Shown here: piece after piece, positions 48,600 through 59,395 of the stretch | How the letters are laid out: each line of letters begins with the position of its first letter | Position numbering within the stretch: position 1 is the first letter of the stretch | Source of the DNA: Fistulifera solaris | Taxonomy: Eukaryota | Direction of reading: 5' to 3' | DNA: 64,000 nucleotides | NCBI GenBank assembly: GCA_030295235.1 | Contig: AP026127.1 | Coordinates: 62,001-126,000 of the forward strand | Notes under the pieces: model-generated | What the model was told of the DNA's origin: nothing | Databases searched by the model: none | Seen by the model: the letters and a program-made list of their open reading frames with translations, nothing else | Made by a program: the position numbers and the translations under genes

Positions 48600-51261
48600 C
48601 TAGTCGTCACATGTAACTTCAGTGTAGTCAGAATCGTCCTCCACAATCTCAGTGTATTCCGACAATTCAGGTTCTTCCATTTGGTTCGACTTTTTCTTGC
48701 GATACACGGGTTTATATTGCTTGAAAACACTGGGACGAGCTCGTAAGAGTCCATAAATTGTTCGTAAGTTTTCGAGCTCACGTTTCTCCAGATCGGCCTG
48801 GTGTTGAGCCTCCGTTTGGTTCAAGAAGAATGAGGGTCTGCGTTTCGAGAGTGGAATAAACGATACAACAGCGGCAACCATGAAAGGGTACATCCCTTCC
48901 ACTGCCAGTACAGGATCTACCCAGTCTGAATCGACGGACTCATTATCATCGTATACATCCACGCTTAACAGTTGCTCATTCTCGTCATCCACCGCGCGTA
49001 GCTTACGTGGGATGCTCAAACCATCTTCGAACACTCGAATCAGCGCCTCCAGACCACCGTGAAACGGAGTTTTGGACTCGATTGCTAATTGCAACGGAGT
49101 TTCACCCATATTATTCTTGATGCGTGCCGCTTCCGGGTAAAGCTGTAACAAACTTTCTATCGCGGCAGTTTTTCTCCTCAATACAAAGGGATCACCCGCA
49201 ATCATTTCGCTATCACAAATCCACATACAAACTTGGTGTAAAGGCAAATTGCCCAACTCGTTTACAGGTTCTTTCAATTGTCCAGGATTGCTTTGTGCCG
49301 CAATTAACAAGATCGGCAATGGGCAGCCCGTTAGTCCACATGCGGCGTGTAACGATTTGTATTCCGAAGAGTTGTTGTGTTGTCGAAGGAGCACATCGGC
49401 CCACCGCCAAGCCCACCATTCTTGTGGCGAGTCCATCGATGCTGAGAGCGGCGAAAAGTCACTAACTTTGCTGCTGTCCTTAAAGTGCTCCAAGTTGCTG
49501 CGATACAGCAATTCCAAAGGCCCTCTAACACGGTTTTTGTACGATCGAGCTTCAGCTAAATCAGGCCGTTCTTCCAAAAGGGCCCGCATGACCAGTGTAC
49601 TATCGTCTTGGCTGTCTTGCTTATCGCGATGGAATCTCGAATAGCTCAAAATATGCACGTCGAGTGCTGAAAATCCATCGTCCGTAAACACATAAACGCT
49701 GTGTGGTGCATGCTGCAGCAATGAGCGCACCATAGCAACGCCGTCGTGTAGGTCGTAGTCTTGACCAAGAACGAGACACGCATAAATCAGCGGAGTGTAC
49801 TTTTTGACAGAGCACCGCGTAATGGCCGCTTCCGGACAAGCAGCCACCAATTGCTCAATGAGTTCCAGTGGCGCCATCTCAACATCCGGAAGGCTGCCTT
49901 CTCGCAAAAATGGATTGATGCGGCTCATGACCGCCAAATGCAACGCGGTGGTTCCGTCGGATGGTTCGACGCACTTGGCGTCACGAGGATATAGTTTACA
50001 TTCACAACTAACGGCTTCCCAGTTGCATTGTCTTGCGTACTTGTACAAACGCGTGATCGGGAGTTTTGCTGTAGGACTATCGATGGTATCCGATAACGGT
50101 GTTGCGAGCGCGCCTTCTTGTTCGGCAGGCGCAATTCGTAAGGAAGGTGTTTCGGGCCATTGTGTCGTATCGAAAATATCGTGAACCGTAGGCATTTTCG
50201 GAGACCGGGGAACGGTCCTTTTCGGAAGAATCGCAGGAGTGACTGGAACACCCGCTGAAGTAACGTGCGACATCGTGGCTCTGCGATATCGCTGTCGAGG
50301 TGTTAAACCAGGGGTGAGCGGAGTCTGTGGAATGGGATTTTGCTGGGTGTGAAACTTCGATGAAGGCTTTGTTGTTTTAGGCCTTGTTACTTTCGGTGTA
50401 CCCTCTTGAGATCTCGCCTTTAGCTCGGATCCAAGTGGTAGCTCTCTAGCAACAGTGGTCGATGGTCTTGGTATCGCACCCAGGGAACTACGGCGATACA
50501 TTTTCCCTACACTTTTGGAATTTGTTGGCGCATTCAATGTTTTGTTTTGTCGCGTTCTGTCGACATTAGAATTGACTGGTTGCGGTGATAGGTCATCTTC
50601 GGTCAGCGGCACAGCCGGAATGCTTCCAAGTGATTGTCGTCGTATGCGATGTGTTCGGACTGGCGTCTTTTTCACATTTTTGGGTAATTCTTCTCCTGGT
50701 TTCCAAAATGCGTGTCGTCGTAGTCCCATCAGCTTTCCGAATAATGACTTTGCGGTATCGTTCCGCCGATGGATTGGAACTCGGTGAAGAATTCGAAACC
50801 AGAAGCGATGGACCTGGAGAATGATGCGACGTTGATCGGGGAGATTGTGTAGCACTGGCACTCTCTACGGGAGACTCAGGAACAAGAGTCGTCGAAGGGC
50901 TTTGTATGGGTGATTTCGTTGACTGACAGCTTTTATCATTGCTCTTTGACGATCTAAAACTGCCGCTAGAGATTTCAGATGTCGCTATTTGCTTGCTGTT
51001 CGGAGTCGTTGTTGAACTTTGACTCTGACATTCGCTTTTCGGTCCGAAAATCAGATTCCCTTTCGACTCCCATACTTTGCTAGCCCTTTCTTTCTCTCCT
51101 GTAAACAATTTCTTTATTTTTCCACCCTGACCCTTGACTTGCTCTAGCATCGGAGCCATAAGGCCCGAAGGGGACGAGTTTCCAGGAAAGGTCGTCTTTT
51201 TTCCCAAAGGACTGACGCGTGGGCTTTTCCGTTTCTCTCGATCATCTAATGATGTAAACAT
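48600..51261 (-). CDS. Ankyrin-repeat-like protein with a long disordered N-terminus (frameshift near 50703; start uncertain)
   Basis: Ankyrin-like motifs DGTTALHLA, YTPLIYAC, GFSALDVH, GNLPLHQVC and GETPLQLAI. C-terminal EGMYPFMVAA...TIYGLLRARP. Confidence 0.8.
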
Positions 51262-51779
51262 TCTTTGTAAGCTTCTGCTTTGAGCAGAGTTAGAAAGAGG
51301 GAAGCACAAATGAAAGAAGTAGTACCTGGTATAATTGCTTGCAACTTCTTTGTTGAACTTTGTCAACAAGGCGCTCACTTCTTCGCCGCCAGCTGCCAAT
51401 TGCCATTCTGACACTCTCAGCCTGTTTGCTGTTTGCGTCTTTGCGCCAAAATTTCAAAATTTTGAAAGGACCAATACATGTACTTTATCCGCTACAGCTC
51501 TTCTTTTGACTAGGTCTTTGTGTAGTTGGATGGTCATTGCCGGTCATGACACATAAGTTACGTATCAAGCGTGAACGAAATGCCCAGCTTCCCAAAGTAT
51601 CACCCACACTCTTGTAAAGTGTAAAAGACGTATTTCGATGTTTCTCCGCAAAGCCGCAAAATAGAATAGTCACCCATTTTCGTCGCTTCTTTTGCCCGTG
51701 GTGCCTCGCCATTGCTTCGATGAAAAGAGAGAAATACGGCAAAAGTGCCACTTTTACCTACACAACGACTTGAAAAGCC

Positions 51780-53953
51780 ATGAAACAGGAAATGCAAAAG
51801 AATTTGAGTTCGGGGAGTCTGACGACCAAGCGAAAGACGCCAGCTCGCACACAGAGTGCAAGAGTCGGTACGCCCAATGAAACGTTTCCACAATCGTCGG
51901 CATTAGACATGCCTCGTGTTCCAAGCTCCGGAAAACTACCAACCCGAAGCAAATCGCACCGACTGGAACGGAATCAAACTGATTCTGCGGCGAATGCAAC
52001 TTTCGTCGATCCATCAATTTTGAAATCGACCAAAGAAAAGAAGATTAAAGGAGACGCTGAACCGAAAAGAAACGATATTCGGCGCACTCACAGTTCTCGA
52101 TCAGTTCTAAAAACAGCAGATGTGTCATCCGACCAGGATATGGCGAATGCAATCTTCACTCACCCAGTCCTGCCCAAATCAACAATCGACAAGAAAGGAG
52201 ATAACGAAAGCAAACGTCGAGGTATTCGACGGAGTCATAGCGCCCGGTCCAATCTTACAGCAGAGAAATCGGATCAAGCTATGGAACGGGCCTTGAGTTC
52301 AGGGAGTTTGTCGTCAAGGCGGAGTGGTATCTCCCGGACGAATAGCGACCGAAGCAAGACATTGAATGCCACCTTTCCCGATCCAACGGCAAAGTCAAAG
52401 GATGTGCAGCAGCAACTATTCAACTTGACTTCCAGTTCTCACTCCAATCGATCGCGAAAGACCGCCTCACAACCCAAGGTGAAGAATGTAGATGAGATAA
52501 CACCGGATCCGTCCTGGACACCCCTATATCTCTATGCACGTCAAGCAAACTGGAAAGCGGTCAGTCGACAGTGCCGAAAGCTACCTCGCGATGCCAAATG
52601 TGTCGACCCGACGGATGGTACGACCGCGTTACATTTGGCAGTGATCAGTCGAACCAACCCGACGTTTCGGAATCTATACGAGAAAGATACGCCACCGGCA
52701 CCCTTAGAGCTCATTGAAGAGCTAGCGGCAGCTTGTCCCGAAGCCGGTATTATACGGTGCCATTTGAAATCGTACACACCTTTGTGCTACGCATGCTCCG
52801 TCTATGAACGAGAGTACAATTTGCAAAATGCCAAACTCATTGCCCGAATATTATTAGAGCACGCACCGCACAGTGCCTACGTCTTCACCGACGATGGCTT
52901 ATCGGCCTTGGATGTCCACATTTTAAAGTGTTCGCGGTTGTTTAAGAAGGAGCCGAAAACAGATAGCACCATTGTACTCAAGGCACTACTTGACGCCCAT
53001 CCTCGTTTGGCGAAAACACGATGCTACAACGATAAAGTGCGAGGACCAATCGAGATGCTCTATCGTTCCAACCGAGAAAAATTCAAGAAGATTGCAAGCA
53101 AAAGGAATCCCCGGATTCGTGGTGGGCGTGGACGTGGGTGAACAGTTTGCTTCGAAGTTGTTCTGGTCCATCGAGAACCAATGCTCTTCATTCGGCATCG
53201 GGAGTAAATGGATGCCCGGTAGCCATACTGAAGATTGCCGCACAGAATTATCCGCAATATCTCAGTCAGCCCGTGGATGAGTCGGGCAATACGCCTTTGC
53301 ATGAAGTTTGCATGTGGATTGATGAGCAAAACGAAGAAGAAATGACGGAGTTCATCAATCAGCGCAAGCGAGAAGCTATTCAATGTCTATTGCGACTGAA
53401 CTCAAAGGTTTGTAGAATGAAGAATATTTATGGGGAAACCCCCTTGCAATTGGCTATTGAATCACAGACTCCGTACCAGCGCGGAATCCAGGCGTTGGTG
53501 CGCTCGTATCCGGGAGCACTGTCGGTGCCGCGCTCGCTAAGGTCTGTCGAAGATGAGAATGCAAAACTATTGAGCGTTGATCTCTACAATGATAACGAGT
53601 CGGTCGATTCCGAGTGGGAAAACCCTGTTTTGGCAGTGGAAGGGATGTTTCCGTTTATGGTTGCCGCTGTTGTTGCTGTTGAGCCTGCTTCATGGGGATC
53701 ACGAGAAATTCATCTACACGGGAGTAGTAGCGTCAAGAACGCTGAGCAAATGAAGAAGAAAACTCTTGCCAGTCTTGACACAATCTACGGTCTACTGCGA
53801 GCAAAACCGAGTATGCTTGGGCTCTATAAGCCAGTCTATGTCAGGCTTGATTTCAGTGAATCGGAAGAATACACTGACGAATACGTGGAAGAAACAGAGA
53901 GCGAGTACACTGAAGTCACACAGGAAGACGAAGATGATGATGTTTCTTCATAG
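51780..53953 (+). CDS. Ankyrin-repeat-like protein, divergent paralog of the 48600..51261 gene (frameshift near 53102)
   Basis: Shares LYxYARQxNWxAVS, DGTTALHLAV, APHSxYVFTDDG, GETPLQLAIES and DNESVDSxW. Removing one A restores SPDSWWAWTW, matching SPQEWWAWRW in the paralog. Confidence 0.82.
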
Positions 53954-54942
53954 ACTAATGTAATCGTAATCGAAATAGATTCCAAGCTCAGAGATCAACG
54001 CCTCAAAGCTTACAGTACAAATGTATCTACTTCAGCGTTTTATTCCGACAAAACGTTACATTTCATTCTAAAGATGTGGGCCGTCCTCCTCCTATGTCCC
54101 AGAAGACATCTAGTAGTGCAGGACCCTCCTCACCGGGGGAATGTAAGCTGCTTATCGATTTCCATGAGAAACGTTTTTACCTGGTAGTTTTATGGACAGA
54201 GATGATCACTGATGTCGTGGCATATCCAACTTAGCACGACAGGGAAAAATTTGTAAGGGAATATAACCAGCAAAAGTCCGTAAAAGATATAGCGTAGCCC
54301 GGCGCGCCATTTTTCTGGTTCACAACCAACCCACAGCTCCACATGCATAGCAAGTAGCAGGTGGTCTAACAAGCAGTTTCAAAGCCGTTTTTCTTGCCTA
54401 AACATCCTAAGCCTTTGGCGTGAACTATTGCTTCTGCCAAAACCCTACTCGACAAGAAGAACCTATTGAAGATAAAAAAACAATCAATAGAAAATAAAAA
54501 AAAGTTAGAAGCATGTCAACTTTTACACTTGTGGCTGCAAAGAATGTCCTTTGCATCCTTTCCAAGCATCTCCGTCCGTCAAAACCTCGTCAAGGTTCAC
54601 TAGAAGTTCTACACGAGAAGTTCCTTTGCGATAACTTCGTGTTAAAATTATTGATTCCTAGGAACGGCGTTAAAATGCTGCGAAGAGTACAGATGCGCGT
54701 TTGCGTGATTTATCCTCACATTAGGGATAGCTCGCCGTAACCGTTAACTGTTGTTTCACAAAATCACGAACACTACCACTGCATTTAGATGTATTCCTAC
54801 TTTTTCTCGTATACAGACTTGAACACGTGACACGACGCGTCTAAGTTCGAAGGCTAAAGCAACGAGCGCGTTTTGCACTTAAACAATTCACCTGCAAGTG
54901 TAAATGCTCAGTGAATCGCTGACTACGCGTTGGGCCTACGAG

Positions 54943-55064
54943 AGGCAAAAATCTGCCTCCAGGCAGAAAAATCTGCCTCCAGGCAGAAAAATCTGCCTCC
55001 GCGCAGAAAAATCTGCCTCCGCGCAGAAAAATCTGCCTCCAGGCAGAAAAATCTGCCTCCGCGC
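54943..55064. repeat. 20-bp tandem array (~6 units) of (AG/GC)GCAGAAAAATCTGCCTCC
   Basis: Read directly. AG-type units contain the inverted repeat AGGCAGA-AAAA-TCTGCCT. There are no spacers. Confidence 0.95.
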
Positions 55065-55227
55065 GACTATTATGCTCGCGACGCTCGACGCTCGCATAAG
55101 GTTTTTCGACCTCCAACCTGCTATCGACGCTCGACGCATTCAATGAATTCTTTCGATGGAACAAATAAAATAGTGCGAAGCTTTGATTGACTCTTTGCAA
55201 GATAAACTCAACGATTATTATATTGAC

Positions 55228-55953
55228 ATGGCAGCGCGTAAGAAGCCTATTGATTGGCGAAACAGCGAGGCTCGCGTGATCATTATCACGGAACTTGAAT
55301 TGAAAAGGTTGCCTCTTGACGAAAAGGAGTGCTCAGCAGAACAAGCTTGGGAGAAATATGGCAAAATGGTTGAATTTGCCCATGTTCCTTTCAGCCAATT
55401 TAAGGCCCGTCTAGCAGACCACAGATTACAGGCAAGCCGAGTTGACTGGAAGAACAGCAAAGCTCGAACAATATTGATTGAAGATCTTCATGAGGGTTTC
55501 TTGCCACTTGACGAAGAAGATCTTTCGGCCGAGGAAGCGTGGGAGTCAGTCTACTCGCTCCTTGACGAGTTTTTGGATGTTCCATTTGAGCAGTTTGAAG
55601 TCCGTCTTGCTGATCATAGAGCTCAAGTAAAAAAGGAATATCTTGCGTCGATTAGAGATGAAGTCGCATTTATCAACAGTCGGCGGCTTTATCCACGTTC
55701 ACCACTCAACCGCAAAGGAGAAAAGGTATTTGACATGACTACCGCACAAGAGATGCTTCGGCAAGACATCAAGAATGGGGTTGGTAAGTCGAAAAGCCCT
55801 GAACAAATTCGCCTTTCGCGCAAGGAGTACATGGAGTTTGACAAGACAATTTTCCATGGTCGCGTTCGCCAAGCAATTCGCCGCGACAAATTTGAGAACT
55901 TTATGAAAAGAAGAAGAGCAAGAAGAAGGGAAGTAGTACTTAGTGATAATTGA
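55228..55953 (+). CDS. Putative transposon DNA-binding protein with three tri-helical (Myb/SANT-like) repeats
   Basis: Two near-identical ~65-aa repeats (DWxNSxAR...LPLDE..SAE.AWE...EF..VPF.QF..RLADHR) plus a third diverged copy. Basic NLS-like tail. Convergent with a Harbinger-type transposase. Confidence 0.7.
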   Translation: MAARKKPIDWRNSEARVIIITELELKRLPLDEKECSAEQAWEKYGKMVEFAHVPFSQFKARLADHRLQASRVDWKNSKARTILIEDLHEGFLPLDEEDLSAEEAWESVYSLLDEFLDVPFEQFEVRLADHRAQVKKEYLASIRDEVAFINSRRLYPRSPLNRKGEKVFDMTTAQEMLRQDIKNGVGKSKSPEQIRLSRKEYMEFDKTIFHGRVRQAIRRDKFENFMKRRRARRREVVLSDN

Positions 55954-56195
55954 TAGGTTGATATGTAAAATTGCTGTTGTGATCGTGCCTAGCATTTTCT
56001 GTCGACGATACGATGACGACTCGCGTGTCCCGCGTGCGTTTCCCTTACGTAACGGGACTCGTTTTAGTCGTGCCGTTTTTTCGTTTTCTCTCAGCGTCCT
56101 TATGCGGTGCAAAACAGCACTTTTTGTGTCTATCGTCGTCGTCTCGATGATTCTATCATTACAAACGAAACGAATGTTAACGTTAGCCATTTAAT

Positions 56196-57106
56196 TCAAA
56201 CGTCAAAGATAGGACTACCGTTGTCCATCTGGTATTGAACTGTGACGACAACAGCTTGAATGCCAGCTTGTGCTTAATCTTGATGTCGTGCCGGTAAGTC
56301 TCATTGCAGCACGTTGAAGTTCTTGATTCTCCCATTAAAGCTTTCATGTCGTGAGCGTGCTCGCGATTTTAACCTCTCCACTTCGGCGTTGCCTAACCTG
56401 TTTGGCAAAGAAAGTTTTCTCTGTTCGTGAGGCACACTCGTTCGATAGCCTCTGTCGGCAATCACAAGGTCACCGAGAGCAATTTTGTCCAGTAAGCCGC
56501 CTTCGCGAAGGATCGTTATGTCGTGTTTTCCCCCTGGATGCGGCCCATTCATCCAAACACATCGTGGCTCAAAGATCGATAGTGCAATTTCGTATTTAAC
56601 AGCTCCGTGGTTGATTTTGTGCGAGTAGTATCCTCTGTTGACTGGTTCATCGTCATGCTGAACCTCGTCAATCTTCATGTCTGTTCCGTCAACTGAAATA
56701 ACAAATTGCGCTGGATGCGGTTCGTTTAAGCGCGCCTCCCACTTAATTTTGATGTGCTTCAGCATCGAAATTCGTTCGATCCAGCTCCACAAAGGCTTTC
56801 CCTGTGCATACGACAGTCCAATATCAAATCGCTTCGCAAATTGTTCCGTATTTTTGGGGTAAGTAAACAGAAAATAGTGAGCACGTAAAAAGAAATCCAG
56901 TCCCCAACCGCTTTTCTCTTTTCATTCAAGACAAGGCCTGGAATTTGTGTGGTAATAAGATCATTCCACATATCCGCTAATGCGTCATGTGAAGAACCAT
57001 AATGTTTCTTGAAATGTTTAATTTGATTGTCCATGGACTCATTTTCCCAGGCAATGGAGAGAATGTAGAGTCCTCGTTTGAGAATAGTTGCTGCATTGAA
57101 AGCCAT
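56196..57106 (-). CDS. PIF/Harbinger-superfamily transposase 2 (frameshifted)
   Basis: Motifs ISVDGTD, YYSHK, YEIAL, NGP.PGG.HD, ADRGY and RSRHESFNGRIK. The C-terminus VVTVQYQMDNGSPIFDV* lies in a shifted frame. Homologous to the 18587..19590 gene. Confidence 0.85.
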
Positions 57107-57164
57107 GTTGGGGCATTTGTGTTTGTATGAATTTTTTCGAAGAGAAGCAAAGTAAAGGATCCCG

Positions 57165-57244
57165 GAAAGGACGTTAAAATTCTGCCTCTCAGTACAAATT
57201 TCTACGTGAGAGCCTACGGCGTGGCAGAATTTTAACGTCGTTTC
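57165..57244 (+). repeat. Dispersed hairpin element, copy 3 (best preserved)
   Basis: 22-bp arms gaaa-g-gacgttaaaattctgcc / ggcagaattttaacgtc-g-tttc (one mismatch) around a 36-nt loop, ~60 bp upstream of the transposase ATG. Confidence 0.9.
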
Positions 57245-57549
57245 AAAAGCAAGAGAGAGGGGCGCAAAGCCTTGTAAATAAAGCTAGTTAACGGTGGTTG
57301 CCTATGTCTTAAAATTTAAAAAGTACAGGACATCGCATTGCCGTTTGAATTATGTTCGTTGCTGTTTGATTGTTGTTCGTTGCCGTTTGAAATAGTCCGT
57401 TGTCCTTGGATTGGCATTCAAGTAAAACACATAGGAACTTTCCTGTTAAGTGGTGGGTAATTTTTCGTAGCGAACAACAAGAGACGTTCATGTGAAGCGA
57501 CCGTTGAAGTGAAAATGCAGCAATTTTTACCACCGCGAAGGTGCCACAA

Positions 57550-58795
57550 AATGGACCAGGGCGAAATCCACAAGCAGTTGAGACTACGTCGTGTTCAGGG
57601 ACGCTGAAGTAGCAGCAACAAAGAACGGCGGCTCTGTATTTAATGTGGGCATTCCCGATCTTGTTAAACTAAACTCGGAATACAAATCTCTCGGACGCGC
57701 AGAAAAAGATTGTCTCCAACAAGCTGTACGGCTTCAAAAAACTAACCAAAAAAACCTATCGCAGACTGGAAGAAGAGTATCAAGAGCAGAAAGGCTGCCT
57801 TCAATCCTTGGCAGCATTAATTGTAAGGCTCACCATGAACAACGCTGAAACCGATCACGACGGAATGGACACTGATTTTGAGACCGAGAGTCCAAGCTTT
57901 GACCCTGCCGGGGATTATCCTGAAGGGTCCAGAGTTCGCTTTCCTGAATCGATTCTAAGGAACGGCGCAACCCAATCCCCGGTCCGATCTCCGACCCGGT
58001 CTTCGGTGAAGTCTCCACCTCGATCAACAACGCGGTTGACTCCAAACGTTAACGGTCTTACTGCTGATCTGGCTGCACTCAGGTTTTCCGTCCAGCCTGT
58101 CGAGGGGACATTGGAGGATCCTTTTATCTTGTTTGCAAATGTCGGAAAGCCAATTTGGAGTTCATCATCTATAAAACGTATCTCAAAGATGAAGCCCGCG
58201 CCAAATGCGTCCACAAAAAAACAATCACTGCGTGCTAGCGAATGTGCTGTACTGTGTGCATCGCGTTTTACCCGTCCGGTACTCACAATTTGCCCCGCTA
58301 TTTCTTTTTTTTTTAAAAAGGGTTTATGAGACTATTGTGATCTTCAAGCAGTCGCAGCTGCTCGACATCGACAAATGGCATGCATGGGCACCCTCTGCAA
58401 ATGAGTTGCAAGTACAACCGTCATCTTGCGGACAAGTGTATCATGGTTAAAAAACCCATGGTGGATCATCACGCGCAGGAGCTTTTTGCAGATGCGGTGA
58501 AGGCGGATCGTTCGATCTTGCAGAGGGCCATCAAGCGTTTGTTAATACGACAAAGGAAAAATTTGTCTATATTCTTATCGTCTTGCCGGAGAACTTGGGT
58601 TCTATCTACAAAGATGGATTTTCTCCGGACGGCCGAAAACGGGCTATGATACTACGGTGACTCTGCTGAAGAAGGACGTTCACCAGTATAGTAAGCACAT
58701 GCACGAGCAAGTCGTTAACATCTCCTGGTACCGCGCTTGGGGCGAGGCAAGGGCGTAGCCCAAAGAAAGCAACAAAGTCGAGCAAACTCAAATAA
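57550..58795 (+). pseudogene. Degenerate accessory gene divergent from transposase 2
   Basis: Chain of same-strand ORFs (57591, 57808, 58205, 58380) with an acidic and SP-rich linker. Its position is analogous to the 21507 gene. Confidence 0.45.
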
Positions 58796-58918
58796 AGTCG
58801 GCCGTGCAACCTATCATCATCACAAGAGAACAGAAGCAGAGCTATAATTCCAACGCTTGCTCAATTCATTACGAAGTAATAGATAAAGCTATAGTATCGT
58901 TTTATCTGAATTCCAAGT

Positions 58919-59395
58919 TTATCGGCGTTTTCGAGAATCAGTCTTCACCTCTGGCATAGAATAAAATGTTGAATCATCATCCAAGTCTTCAAGTCTAGCC
59001 TCTAGGGTAACTCCAAAAAGTTCTGCAAATTCAGTAACATGCTCAACGTCGATATGGCATATCGCTAGGAGCTTGCATGCTTGATTCATCAAAGCCCATG
59101 CCTCGGGTCGCTTCTTCATGACAGCTCCTGAAATGGTTTTTGGGTCGAACTGCTCAACATTGACAATATTTTCCGTCATTACGCCCACACTAGATGTAGC
59201 ATCCTTGCTAACAAAGACGTAGGTCTTCATTGCTGTTGGTTCCTTAGTGGGATCCAACCATCCCCACTTTCCTTTGTACTTTCCTCCGACAAATTTCACT
59301 CTTGCTCCGACATGGCGTCTTTGTCCATTCTGCTGAGGACGAGCAGTAGCTCCATTCTGCTGAGGACGAGCGGATGCTCCGTTCTGGGTTGGCAT
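58919..59395 (-). CDS. Small protein with a KOW-like motif
   Basis: ATG at 59395. A duplicated ARPQQNG is followed by VGARVKFVGGKYKGKWGWL (KOW-like G.RV...GKYKG..G) and a helical C-terminus. Confidence 0.55.
   Translation of the reverse strand: MPTQNGASARPQQNGATARPQQNGQRRHVGARVKFVGGKYKGKWGWLDPTKEPTAMKTYVFVSKDATSSVGVMTENIVNVEQFDPKTISGAVMKKRPEAWALMNQACKLLAICHIDVEHVTEFAELFGVTLEARLEDLDDDSTFYSMPEVKTDSRKRR

Noticed and set aside
54943..55064. CRISPR-like array of hairpin repeats
   Set aside because: The units abut with no unique spacers, no cas genes are present, and the context is eukaryotic.
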